DNA from: Eledone cirrhosa | Lineage: Eukaryota | NCBI GenBank assembly: GCA_964016885.1 | Contig: OZ024743.1 | Coordinates: 358,050,001-358,114,000, forward strand | Direction of reading: 5' to 3' | Length of the DNA: 64,000 nucleotides | In this document: positions 10,001 to 22,989 of the stretch, piece by piece | Layout of the letters: each line of letters opens with the position of its first letter | How positions within the stretch are numbered: the first letter of the stretch is position 1 | The notes under the pieces: model-generated | Told to the model about the DNA's origin: nothing | The model's input: the letters and a program-made list of their open reading frames with translations, nothing else | Database searches by the model: none | Program-made: the position numbers and the translations under genes

Positions 10001-10987
10001 TGACTGGCACTCACTGCCCTCTACCAAGCGGTCAATGCGATCAGTGGAACTTCCACTCTCGAGTTCTATAGAGGATTAGTGGTGGGCAAGTGCGATGACG
10101 CACTCGGAGAAGCTTTGGGCCTCGACGAAGTCGAACTGACCAGTCTGTACCGGAGGACTTTTGAGCCGGGGACGATGGACAATTTCCAGAAATCCCTCGC
10201 TTGGCAGTGCTACCGGTGGGCACTGCCGGTTCGGGATAAACTCTACAGGCACGAAAGTGCTGTCAGACGGACCTGCCCAAGATGCGCACAGAACGACGAA
10301 ACCGTTCTGCACGCACTTCTCCAATATCCGTGCATTACTGACTTGTGGCGTTATGTCGATCAGCTACTGTCGCGTGTGGAACGAATCCGGATATCGGCCA
10401 AGTCCATAGTGAAGATCGATCCACCGCCTTCCTTAGGTCAGGAAGAGCAGGAAATTTTGCTCTGTCTGGTGGCAGTTGCGAAAGAGATTATATGGTGGAC
10501 CAGGTTGAAAGGACTGAAGACAGACACTTTTCTCTTCGGCCAATCCCTCATCAACTTCTTCAAGTTTCACCTGGAAAGGAGGGTGAGGGTGGAGAGAGAA
10601 GTGCTGTCCCCCAGTACATTTGCTAAAGGGTGCGTGAATGTGGCGAGAATAGCTCGTGTGAATGGGCCAACTCTGACCATGCGCCTATAGGCTAGCTTAC
10701 GTGAGGAGAGGGGTGCTCTCCCTGGGTGCCCTAGAAGCGCAGGGTGGTTCAGGATTGGTGGGGTACCCGAATCACCCCAGGGTTGTCCACCCCCTATCAG
10801 GGAATTTATTTTGTTATATTTATGCATAATTTATTTTATATTTTTATATTTTCATTGTTAAATTAGTCTTGCCATTGTGCACTTTTACTCGACCTTATTG
10901 TAAACCCCCACTGTCCCTGTCTTTGTATTGTCCCCTACATGTCGGCCCTTGTGGCTAATAAATGAAATCATTATTATTATTATTATT
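10001..10987 (+). mobile_element. 5'-truncated copy of a diverged Tx1 subfamily
   Basis: ORF 10079..10690 aligns with the ORF2 C-terminus (MDNFQKSLAWQCYR..RVNGPTL); different 3'UTR; ends CCCTTGTGGCTAATAAATGAAATCA(TTA)n. Confidence 0.9.
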
Positions 10988-10990
10988 CTT

Positions 10991-11310
10991 GCTGAGAGGG
11001 TCGTGAGGACAAAGTCCTCAAACACTCGTTTTTCTGGGTCCTGTCGGAAGCAACTGATTCTAATTGAACTTGCTTGATCTCCAAACGAGACCAGCGGAGA
11101 TCCTTGATGTTATCACACAATGATGCTGGAGGTCCATCCACTGGGTCTCCTGCTACTTGGTTTTTTTCCCGCAAAATCTATCAGACGATTCTCCCCTCAG
11201 ACATTATTAACCATAAGCTCAGAGTACCGGAGCTGTGATCTCTCAAGCTGGAGAAGTAGCGGCTCTACCTGGAGCGACTTCTCTGAGCTACTCTTCAGAC
11301 GAACCTCCAT
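10991..11310 (-). mobile_element. 3' fragment of an RTE-clade (Rex3/Expander-like) LINE, present in every array unit; the adjacent (TTC)n is its (GAA)n tail
   Basis: Minus-strand translation EKSLQVEPLLLQLERSQLRY..KPSSRRPSG..DNIKDLRWSRLEI..VASDR..LRTLSSRPSQ resembles the RTE ORF C-terminus; the same end with a (GAA)n tail is at 27905-28160. Confidence 0.75.
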
Positions 11311-11367
11311 ATATACAGACATACACACATACGTAAAACCGTGCACACACACACACGCACACACACA

Positions 11368-11427
<60 letters not shown>

Positions 11428-11648
11428 CAAAACATACGCACGCACACGCACGCACACACACACACATGCGCGCATACACACGCACGCACATAGAAGAAGA
11501 GATTAAAATGTCTGGAATGTATTTGATCATGGATCAGCTTGCTCAAGGTAAAATACATGTCAGATATCTGGTAGGTAAAGAAAGAAAAAAAAAGAAGTAA
11601 GCAATAGATCCCGCAATATATGCTGAAAATCAGCGTGAGGCAGGAAGT

Positions 11649-11720
11649 AGCAGAGTGGCGCAGTGGAAGCGTGCTGGGCCCATAACCCAGAGGTCCGTAG
11701 ATCGAAACTACGCTCTGCTA
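11649..11720 (+). tRNA. tRNA-iMet-CAT: Initiator tRNA-Met (CAT), intact
   Basis: AGCAGAG/CTCTGCT acceptor (A1:U72), GGG/CCC anticodon stem, CAT anticodon, T-loop ATCGAAA (A54, A60), followed by a T-run terminator. Confidence 0.95.
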
Positions 11721-12057
11721 TCTATTTTTTTTCTTTCAGTATATTGCGATATAATCTCTCGATAAAACATTTAAAACAAATTTTATTTAATAGATGTTTG
11801 TTAAAGTTTTTAGAAAGGACCCTCAGCCAACCAGCTAGGCACCTAATATCCTTAAAATTATACTTTACTACTAATATAATTCGACATATATTTTGTAGAC
11901 GAAGAGATGGTCGCGTCTGGAATACTTTTAATCATGCATCATCTTGATTAAGACAGAATATATGTCAATTTATTGGAGGAGAAAGAAAAAAAAAGCGGGG
12001 AAAAGGCAACAATAAAGCAAAAAATATATGCTGGAATTTACCAGCCAGGAAACAGTT

Positions 12058-12129
12058 AAAAGAGTGATGTAGTGGAAGTATGCTGGTCCCATAACACAGA
12101 GGTCTGTTGATTAATACTACACTCTGTCG
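12058..12129 (+). pseudogene. tRNA-iMet pseudogene (array copies also at 13318, 15009, 16272, 17809, 18958; related copy at 20805)
   Basis: 72-nt colinear match to tRNAi with broken stems and B-box. Confidence 0.85.
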
Positions 12130-12621
12130 ATATGTTATTACGGTATCATCTCACTAAAACATATTTTGTCTTCTTCTTCTTCTTCTTCTTCTGCTTCTTC
12201 TTCTTCTTCTTCTTCTTCTTCTTGCTGAAAGTGTCGTGAGGACAAAGTCCTGAAACACTCGTTTTTCTGGGTCCTGTCGGAAGCAACTGATTCTAATTGA
12301 ACTTGTTTGATCCCCAAGCGAGCCCAGCGGAACTCCTTGATGTTATCACACAATCATGCTGGTGGTCCATCCACTGGGTCTCCTGCTACTTGGTTTTTTT
12401 CCCGCAAAATCTATCAAACGATTCTCCCCTCAGACATTATTCACCATAAGCTCAGAGTACCGGAGCTGTGATCTCTCAATTTGCAGAAGTAGCGGCTCTA
12501 CCTGGAGCGACTTCTCTGAGCTACTCTTCAGACGAACCTCCATATATACACACATACACACATACGTAAAACCGTGCACATACACACACACGTACACACA
12601 CACACACACACACACCAACAT

Positions 12622-12730
<109 letters not shown>

Positions 12731-12908
12731 CGCACATACACACGCTCACACATAGAAGAAGAGATTAAAATGGCTGGAATGTATTTGATCATGGATCGGC
12801 TTGCTCAAGGTAAAATACATGTCAAATATCTGGTACGCAAAGAAAGAAAAAAAGAAGTAAGCAATAGATCCCGCAATATATGCTGAAAATCAGAGTGAGA
12901 AAAGCAGT

Positions 12909-12980
12909 AGCAGAGTGGCTCAGTGGAAGCGTGCTGGGCCCATAACCCAGAGGTCCGTGGATCGAAGCTACGCTCTGCTA
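12909..12980 (+). tRNA. tRNA-iMet-CAT: tRNA-iMet variant (D-stem, T-stem and T-loop substitutions)
   Basis: Three differences from the cluster consensus (GGCTCAG, CGTGG, ATCGAAG). Confidence 0.7.
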
Positions 12981-13651
12981 ATCATAATTTTTTTTCTTTC
13001 AATTAATCAATTATTGCGATATAAAACATTTAAAACAAATTGTATTTAATAGATGTTCGTTACAGTTTCTAGAAAGGACCCTCAGCCGATTAGCTAGGCA
13101 CCTAATGTCCCTAAAATTATGCTTTACTACTAATATAATTCGACATATATTTTGTAGACGAAGAGATGGTCGCGTCTGGAATACTTGTTATCATGGATCT
13201 TCTTGATTAAGACAGAATATTTGTCAATTAATTGGAGGAGAAGGAAAAATACAGGCGTGGAAAAGGCAACAATAAAGCAAAAAATATATGCTGGAATTTA
13301 CCAGCCAGGAAACAGTTAAAAGAGTGATGTAGTGGAAGTATGCTGGTCCCATAACACAGAGGTCTGTTGATTAATACTACACTGTGTCGATATGTTATTA
13401 CGGTATCATCTCACTATAACATATTTTGTCTTTTTCTTCTTCTTCTTCTTCTTCTTCTTCTTCTTCTTCTTCTTCTTCTTCTTCTTCTTCTTCTTCTTCT
13501 TCTTCTTCTTCTTCTTCTTCTTCTTCTTCTTCTTCTTCTTCTTCTTCTTCTTCTTTCTCTTCTTCTTATTAATATTATTTTTCTTCTGCATCATCATCAT
13601 CATCTTCTTCTTCTTCTACTTCTTCTTCTTCTTCTTCTTACTATTATTATT

Positions 13652-13850
13652 ATTGGCAGTATTGGTAGAGGGTCGGACGCCATGCTTTGACGCATAGAGT
13701 TACGGTCTTTGCTATTCTGAGTTCAAATCCCGCCGAGGTTAACTTTACCTTTCATCCTTACGGGGTCGATAAAATAAAGTACCAGTAATGCACTGGGTAA
13801 TTGCTGGCCTTGTGCCAAAAGTAGAAGCAATTATTATTATTATTATTATT
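13652..13850 (+). mobile_element. tRNA-derived SINE inside the array (duplicate at 16547-16750)
   Basis: Same family as 9799-10000; sits between the (TTC)/(TAT) tract and the RTE fragment. Confidence 0.8.
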
Positions 13851-14283
13851 GCTGAGAGGGTCGTGAGGACAAAGTCCTCAAACACTCGTTTTTCTGGGTC
13901 CTGTCGGAAGCAACTGATTCTAATTGAACTTGTTTGATCCCCAAGCGAGCCCAGCGGAACTCCTTGATGTTATCACACAATCATGCTGGAGGTCCATCCA
14001 CTGGGTCTCCTGCTACTTGGTTTTTTTCCCGCAAAATCTATCAAACGATTCCCCCCTCAAACATTATTCACCATAAGCTCAGAGTACCGGAGCTGTGATC
14101 TCTCAATTTAAAGAAGTAGCGGCTCTACCTGGAGCGACTTCTCTGAGCTACTCTTCAGACGAACCTCCATATATACACACATACACACATTCGTAAAACC
14201 GTGACACACACACACACACACGTACACACACACACACACACAAACATACGCACGCACGCACACACACACACACACACACGCGC

Positions 14284-14406
<123 letters not shown>

Positions 14407-14586
14407 CGTGCATACACACGCACACACATAGAAGAAGAGATTAAAATGTCTGGAATGTATTTGATCATGGATCAGCTTACTCAAGGTGAAATACATGTCA
14501 GATATCTGGTAGGTAAAGAAAGAAAAGAAAAGAAGTAGGCAATAGATCCCGCAATATATGCTGAAAATCAGAGTGAGAAAAGAAGT

Positions 14587-14658
14587 AGCAGAGTGGCGCA
14601 GTGGAAGCGTGCTGGGCCCATAACCCAGAGGTCCGTAGATCGAAACTGCGCTCTGCTA
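14587..14658 (+). tRNA. tRNA-iMet-CAT: tRNA-iMet, one T-stem substitution (U-G pair)
   Basis: Consensus except CTGCG for CTACG. Confidence 0.85.
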
Positions 14659-15114
14659 ATAATATGTTTTTTTTTCTTTCAATTAATAAATTATTGCGAT
14701 ATAATCTCCCTATAAAACATTTAAAGCAAATTTTATTTAATAGATGTTTGTTACAGTTTCTAGAAAGGACCCTCAGCCGACTAGCTAGGCCCCTAATATC
14801 CTTAAAATTATACTTTACTACTAATATAATTCGACATATATTTTGTAGACGAAGAGATGGTCGCGTCTGGAATACTTTTAATCATGGATCATCTGAATTA
14901 AGACAGAATATTTGTCAATTGATTGGAGGAGAAAGAAAAACACAGACGGGGAAAAGGCAACAATAAAGCAAAAAATATATGCTGGAATTTACCAGCCAGG
15001 AAACAGTTAAAAGAGTGATGTAGTGGAAGTATGCTGGTCCCATAACACAGAGGTCTGTTGATTAATACTACACTCTGTCGATATGTTATTACTGTATAAT
15101 CTCACTGTTTTGTA

Positions 15115-15146
<32 letters not shown>

Positions 15147-15580
15147 CTTCTTCTTCTTCTTCTTCTTCTTCTTCTTCTTCTTCTTCTTCTTCTTCTTCTT
15201 CTTCTTGCTGAGAGTGTCGTGAGGACAAAGTCCTCAAACACTCGTTTTTCTGGCTCCTATTCGGAAGCAATTGATTCTAATTGAACTTGTTTGATCCCCA
15301 AGCGAGACCAGCGGAGCTCCTTGGTGTTATCACACAATCATGCTGGAGGTCCAAACATTGGGTCTCCTGCTACTTGGTTTTTTCCGCAAAATCTATCAAA
15401 CGATTCTCCCCTCAGACATTATTAACCATAAGCTCAGAGTACCGGAGCTGTCATCTCTCAATTTGGAGAATTAGCGGCTCTACCTGGAGCGATTTCTCTG
15501 AGCTACTCTTCAGACGAACCTCCATATATACATACATACACACTTACGAAAAACCGTGCACACACACACGCATACACACA

Positions 15581-15660
<80 letters not shown>

Positions 15661-15863
15661 TACGCACGCACACACACAGACACATGCGCGCATACACATG
15701 CACACACATAGAATAGATAAAAATGTCTGGAATGTATTTGATCATGGATCAGCTTGCTCAAGGTAAAATACATGTCAAATATCTGGTAGGTAAAGAAAGA
15801 AAAGAAAAGAAGTAGGCAATAGATCCCGCAATATAATCTTAAAATCAGAGTGTGGCAGGCAGT

Positions 15864-15935
15864 AGCAGAGTGGCGCAGTGGAAGCGTGCTGGGCCCATAA
15901 CCCAGAGGTCCGTAGATCGAAACTACGCTCTGCTA
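15864..15935 (+). tRNA. tRNA-iMet-CAT: Initiator tRNA-Met, intact
   Basis: Identical to 11649-11720. Confidence 0.95.
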
Positions 15936-17168
15936 ATCATATTTTTTTTCTTTCAATTAATCAATTATTGCGACATAAAACATTTAAAACAAATTGTATT
16001 TAATAGATGTTCGTTACTGTTTCTAGAAAGAACCCTCAGCCGATTAGCTAGGCACTTAATGTCCCTAAAATGATGCTTTACGAATAATATAATTCGTCAT
16101 ATATTTTGTAGACGAAGAGATAGTCGCGTCTGGAATACTTTTTATCATGGATCATCTTGATTAAGACAGAATATTTGTCAATTAATTGGAGGAGAAGGAA
16201 AAATACAGGCGGGGAAAAGGCAACAATAAAGCAAAAAATATATGCTGGAATTTACCAGCCAGGAAACAGTTAAAAGAGTGATGTAGTGGAAGTATGCTGG
16301 TCCCATAACACAGAGGTCTGTTGATTAATACTACACTGTGTCGATATGTTATTACGGTATCATCTCACTATAACATATTTTGTCTTTTTCTTCTTCTTCT
16401 TCTTCTTCTTCTTCTTCTTCTTCTTCTTCTTCTTCTTCTTCTTCTTCTTCTTCTTCTTCTTTTTCTTCTTCTTATTACTATTATTTTTCTTCTGCATCAT
16501 CATCTTCTTCTTCTTCTTCTACTTCTTCTTCTTACTATTACTAATTTTGGCAGTATCGGTAGAGGGTCGGACGCCATGCTTTGACGCATAGAGTTACGGT
16601 CTTTGCTATTCTGAGTTCAAATCCCGCCGAGGTTAACTTTACCTTTCATCCTTACGGGGTCGATAAAATAAAGTACCAGTAATGCACTGGGTAATTGCTG
16701 GCCTTGTGCCAAAAGTAGAAGCAATTATTATTATTATTATTATTATTATTGCTGAGAGGGTCGTGAGGACAAAGTCCTCAAACACTCGTTTTTCTGGGTC
16801 CTGTCGGAAGCAACCGATCCTAATTGAACTTGTTTGATCCCCAAGCGAGCCCAGCGGAACTCCTTGATGTTATCACACAATCATGCTGGTGGTCCATCCA
16901 CTGGGTCTCCTGCTACTTGTTTTTTTTCCCGCAAAATCTATCAAACGATTCTCCCCTCAGACATTATTCACCATAAGCTCAGAGTACCGGAGCTGTGATC
17001 TCTCAATTTGGAGAATTAGCGGCTCTACCTAGAGCGACTTCTCTGAGCTACTCTTCAGACGAACCTCCATATATACAGACATACACACACACGTAAAACC
17101 GTGCACACACACACACGTACACACACACACACACGTACACACACACACACACACACACAAACATACGC

Positions 17169-17207
<39 letters not shown>

Positions 17208-17387
17208 CGCGCATACACACGCACACACATAGAAGAAGAGATTAAAATGTGTGGAATGTATTTGATCATGGATCAGCTTGCTCAAGGTGAAATACATGTC
17301 AAATATCTGGTACGCAAAGAAAGAAAAAAAAAGAAGTAAGCAATAGATCCCGCAATATATGCTGAAAATCAGAGCGAGAAAAGAAGT

Positions 17388-17459
17388 AGCAGAGTGGCGC
17401 AGTGGAAGCGTGCAGGGCCCATAACCCAGAGGTCCGTAGATCGAAACTACGCTCTGCTA
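17388..17459 (+). tRNA. tRNA-iMet-CAT: tRNA-iMet variant (anticodon-stem mismatch)
   Basis: CAGGG for CTGGG. Confidence 0.75.
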
Positions 17460-18536
17460 ATCATATGTTTTTTTTCTTTCAATTAATAAATTATTGCGAT
17501 ATAATCTCCCTATAAAACATTTAAAACGAATTTTATTTAATAGATGTTTGTCACAATTTCTAGAAAGGACCCTCAGCCGACTAGCTAGGCACCTAATATC
17601 CTTAAAATTATACTTTACTACTAATATAATTCTACATATATTTTGTAGACGAAGAGATGGTCGCGTCTGGAATACTTTTAATCATGCATCATCTGAATTG
17701 AGACAGAATATTTGTCAATTGATTGGAGGAGAAAGAAAAACACAGGCGGGGAAAAGGCAACAATAAAGCAAAAAATATATGCTGGAATTTACCAGCCAGA
17801 AAACAGTTAAAAGAGTGATGTCGTGGAAATATACTGGTCCCATAACACAGAGGTCTGTTGATTAATACTACACTGTGTCGATATCTTATTACGGTATCAT
17901 CTCACTATAACATATTTTGTCTTCTTCTTCTTCTTCTTCTTCTTCTTCTTCTTCTTCTTCTTCTTCTTCTTCTTCTTCTTGCTGAGAGTGTCGTGAGGAC
18001 AAAGTCCTCAAACACTCGTTTTTCTGGGTCCTATTCGGAAGCAACTGATTCTAATTGAACTTGTTTGATCCCCAAGCGAGCCCAGCGGAACTCCTTGATG
18101 TTATCACACAATCATGCTGGAGGTCCATCCACTGGGTCTCCTGCTACTTGGTTTTTTTCCCGCAAAATCTATCAAACGATTCTCCCCTCAGACATTATTC
18201 ACCATAAGCTCAGAGTACCGGAGCTGTGATCTCTCAATTTGCAGAAGTAGCGGCTCTACCTGGAGCGACCTCTCTGAGCTACTCTTCAGACGAACCTCCA
18301 TATATACACACATACACACATACGTAAAACCGTGCACACACACACACACACACATGCGCGCATACACACGCACACACATAGAAGAAGAGATTAAAATGTC
18401 TGGAATGTATTTGATCATGGATCAGCTTGCTCAAGGTGAAATACATGTCAAATATCTGGTAGGCAAAGAAAGAAAAAAAAAGAAGTAAGCAATAGATCCC
18501 GCAATATATGCTGAAAATCAGAGTGAGGAAGGAAGT

Positions 18537-18608
18537 AGCAGAGTGGCGCAGTGGAAGCGTGCTGGGCCCATAACCCAGAGGTCCGTAGATCGAAACTACG
18601 CTCTGCTA
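18537..18608 (+). tRNA. tRNA-iMet-CAT: Initiator tRNA-Met, intact
   Basis: Identical to 11649-11720. Confidence 0.95.
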
Positions 18609-19472
18609 ATCATATGTTTTTTTTTCTTTCAATTAATAAATTATTGCGATATATTCTCCCTATAAAACATTTAAAACAAATTTTATTTAATAGATGTTTG
18701 TTACTGTTTTTAGAAAGGACCCTCAGCCGACTAGCTAGGCTCCTAATATCCTTAAAATTATACTTTACTACTAACATAATACGACATATATTTTGTAGAC
18801 GACGAGATGGTTGGGTCTGGAATACTTTTAATCATGGATCATCTTGATTAAGACAGAATATTTATCAATTAATTGGAGGAGAAAGAAAAAACAGGCGGGG
18901 AAAAGGCAACAATAAAGCAAAAAACATATACTGGAATATACCAGCCAGAAAACAGTTAAAAGAGTGATGTAGTGGAAGTATGCTGGTCCCATAACACAGA
19001 GGTCTGTTGATTAGTACTACACTGTGTCGATATGTTATTACTGTATAATCTCACTGTTTTGTATACTTCTTCTTCTTCTTCTTCTTGCTGAGAGTGTCGT
19101 GAGGACAAAGTCCTCAAACACTCGTTTTTCTGGGTCCTATTCGGAAGCAACTGATTCTAATTGAACTTGTTTGATCCCCAAGCGAGACCAGCGGAACTCC
19201 TTGATGTTATCACACAATCATGCTGGAGGTCCAACCATTGGGTCTCCTGCTACTTGGTTTTTTCCGCAAAATCTATCAAACGATTCTTTCCTCAGACATT
19301 ATTCACCATAAGCTCAGAGTACCGGAGCTGTGATCTCTCAATTTGGAGCAGTAGCGGCTCTACCTAGAGCGACTTCTCTGAGCTACTCTTCAGACGAACC
19401 TCCATATATACAGACACACACACACATACGTAAAACCGTGCACACAGACACACGTACACACACACAAACATG

Positions 19473-19519
<47 letters not shown>

Positions 19520-19522
19520 GCA

Positions 19523-19615
<93 letters not shown>

Positions 19616-19772
19616 AGAAGAAGAGATTAAAATGTCTGGAATGTATTTGATCATGGATCAGCTTGCTCAAGGTAAAATACATGACAATTATCTGGTGGGG
19701 AAAGAAAGAAAAAAAAGGAAGTAAGCAATAGATCCCGCAATATATGCTGAAAATCAGCGTGGGGAACAAAGT

Positions 19773-19844
19773 AGCAGAGTGGCGCAGTGGAAGCGTGCTG
19801 GGCCCATAACCCAGAGGTCAGTAGATCGAAACTACGCACTGCTA
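19773..19844 (+). tRNA. tRNA-iMet-CAT: tRNA-iMet variant (T-stem and acceptor mismatches; may be non-functional)
   Basis: GTCAGTAG and CGCACTGCTA differ from the consensus. Confidence 0.65.
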
Positions 19845-21462
19845 TCTATTTTTTTTTCTTTCAGTTAATTTTTTTACTTTCAGTATATTGCGATATAATC
19901 TCTCTATAAAACATTTTGAAACAAATTTTATTTAATAGATGTTTGTTAGAGTTTTTAGAAAGGACCCTCACCCCACCAGCTAGGCACCTAATGTCCATAA
20001 TCTCCCTATAAAACAGCTAGGCAACTAATGTCCATAAAATTATGCTTCACTACTAAGATAATACGACATACATTTTGTGGCTCACTGAGGACATACTGTT
20101 CTATTCCATACAGAAAACACATTGGATAAATTACTTCCAGAGGAAGCTAGTTGTAGAGATGTCATATCTGGAATACTTTTGATCACAGATCAGCATTTAA
20201 AGTAGAATATCGGTTAAATAACCGATGGAGAAAGAAAAATAAAATGGGGAGAATGGCAGCAATAGAGCCCTCAATAAATGCAGGATTTCTCTGGAGTTAG
20301 GCAAGTTAGCAGAGTGGCGCAGTGGAAGCGTGCTGGTCCCAAAACCCAGAGGTTCATAAATTGAAACAACGCTCTGTTGTTTAAAATGTTTCTTTCTGTG
20401 AATATATCATTGCCTTATAATCTCCCTATAACACATTTTGTATACTTTTCATCAAATTTTCTTAAATAAGTTTTACTAGAGTTTTTATAAAGGACATTCA
20501 GTCGAACGGCTAGCTTCTTAATGTCCCAAAAATTACGCTCTACTGGCTTTATTATTGAACATATATTGTGTCACTCACTGAGGACATACTGTTCTGTTAT
20601 ATACATAAGACATATATAGGGTAAATTACTACAAAGAAATCATACACGAAGATATGATCACGTCAGGAATACTTTTTATCATGGATCAGTTTGATTGAGA
20701 CAGAATATTTGTCAATTAATTGGAGGAAAAGGAAAAAACAAGAAGGAAAGAGGCAACAATAAAACAGAAAATATATGCTGGAATTTACCAGGCAGTAAAA
20801 AGTTAATACAGTGATGTAGTGGAAGTATGCTGGTCTCATAACACAGTGGTCTGTTGATTAATACTACACTCTGTCCATATGTTATTACGGTATAATCTCA
20901 CTATTTTGTCTTCTTCTTCTTCTTCTTCTTCTTCTTCTTCTTCTTCTTCTTCTTCTTCTTCTTCTTCTTCTTCTTCTTCTTCTTCTTCTTCTTCTCTCCT
21001 GAGATATTCTTAACCATATGCCCATAGTACCGGATGAACCTCCATATATTCACATATATACACATATATATATACCTATGATCACAGATCAGCATTTAAA
21101 GTAGAATATCTGTCAAATAAGCGGTGGAGAAAGAAAAAGAAAATTGGGAAAATGGCAGCAATAGAGCCCTTAATAAATGCAGGATTTCTCTGGTGTTAGC
21201 CGGTCGACTGAATGTCCTTTCTAAAAACTCTAGTAAAACTTATTTAACAAAATTTGATGAAAAGTATACAAAATGTGTTATAGGGAGATTATAAGGCAAT
21301 CACATATTCACAGAAAAAATTTTTTTAATAACAGAGCGTTGTTTCGATCTATGAACCTGTGGGTTTTTGGACGAGCAAGGTTCCACTGCGCCACTCTGTT
21401 AAGTGGTTTTTGTGAGGCGAATTTCCACAAATATTTCTTGCTGCATTATTATTGCCTTCTAT

Positions 21463-21648
21463 GGCGGTGGATTGGCAGTATCGGTAGAGGGTGGGACGCC
21501 ATGCTTTGATGCATAGAGTTACGGCCCTTGCTATTCTGAGTTCAAATCCCGCCGAGGTTAACTTTGCCTTTCATCCTTACGGGGTCGATAAAATAAAGTA
21601 CCAGTAATGTACTGGGTAATTTCTGGCCTTGTGCCAATAGTAGTAACA
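21463..21648 (+). mobile_element. Full-length tRNA-derived SINE with 18-bp TSD
   Basis: ATTATTATTGCCTTCTAT at 21445-21462 and 21649-21666. Confidence 0.9.
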
Positions 21649-22116
21649 ATTATTATTGCCTTCTATTTTTCTTGTTTTTGCATTCTCCGTGAGTTATTTG
21701 ACAGGTATTCTACCCAGAAGAAGTTGATCCCAGATCACCGTATTCCACCCATGTTTATCTCATTTTCTAGGATTATCTAGGAATAATATATCCAATATAT
21801 AGCAGGTCGATTGAGCTTTATTTCAAGTAACAAATACCTATTAGATCCCAATACTCTCCACGTCTGGATACAGCAGATTTTGTACTGAGAAAGAAAGAGA
21901 GTGAGAGAATAAATGTGAGGGAGTGACATATAGGAAGAATCTAACCAGTATTTGACTGGTACAGAAGCAGAAATTCACCATTTAAAAACTAATTAGAAGC
22001 ATGCTGAGCCCATAATGCAGAAGTCTGCAGACCAAAACTACGTTCTGCAATTCATTTTTTTTTTTCAGAGTGGATTACATTGATCTTGGATCAACTTCTT
22101 CTGGGTAGGGAACTAA

Positions 22117-22887
22117 TGTAGCGAGCTCTGTCCACCCCTTGAACCTTGGGTGACACCTAAAGGTCAAATTCTAGTTCACCACCATTTTGGTGTGAACAGG
22201 TTGATGTGTTGGCTATCCCCTAAAGGTGGGAGACAGGAAGCGTAGGTATATAAAGCCTGTATCATCCCACGTTTATATAGAATTAGCTATGTGAAAGATT
22301 CACCACTATCAACAGACCCCAGTGGGCTACAGAAAGACAAGAAAGATTGGAGCATTACGCTAGCAACTAACTATGTAAAGATTCACCGCTATCTTCAGCC
22401 CCTTGAGGTCTACAGAGACACAGACATCGGAGTACTACGAATTACAACAAGCTATGTAAAGATTCACCACTATCAACAGACCCCAGTGGTCTACAGAAAT
22501 ACAGAGAGAATAGACTAACGACGACAACGTCAACCTACTACTACAGACCATTCAGAGGTATACAAACCATTACTCTCTCTCACTCACTATGGTCTCAGAC
22601 TCACGACGAAAACTACTATGACAACTGCAACAACTTTAACCACCAACAAACTTTATCTCGTCGCTCGCTGTTTTCATATCAACAACAAAATAACATTGTC
22701 AACCTTCGCAACTCTTGCTAACTGTTTTATTGTACTTTTTAATTGATTCACGTGAAGTAAACCATATATAAACCAATTCATTTATTCTTATTATACTTGT
22801 TATTAAATCTAACAAATGTTACCTCATCTAACTATCATGTTAAATCCATATAACTACTTCTTAATTCATTTATACCCTTCGTTAACA
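22117..22887 (+). mobile_element. Probable solo LTR (771 bp)
   Basis: Interrupts the spacer motif GGGTAG|..CCTGTCAAATAA; termini TGTAGCGAG...CTTCGTTAACA (TG..CA, imperfect inverted repeat); TATATAAA near 22247; three ~83-bp internal repeats; no clear TSD. Confidence 0.5.
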
Positions 22888-22989
22888 CCTGTCAAATAAC
22901 TCGTGGAGAATGAAAAATGTAAGATAAATAGAAGGCAATAATAATACAGCAAGAAATATTTGCGGAAATTCAGCAAGCGAAAACCATGT

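Noticed and set aside
20308-20379. tRNA copy with anticodon CAA (anticodon shift)
   Set aside because: Anticodon stem, T-arm and acceptor stem are also broken; an ordinary pseudogene
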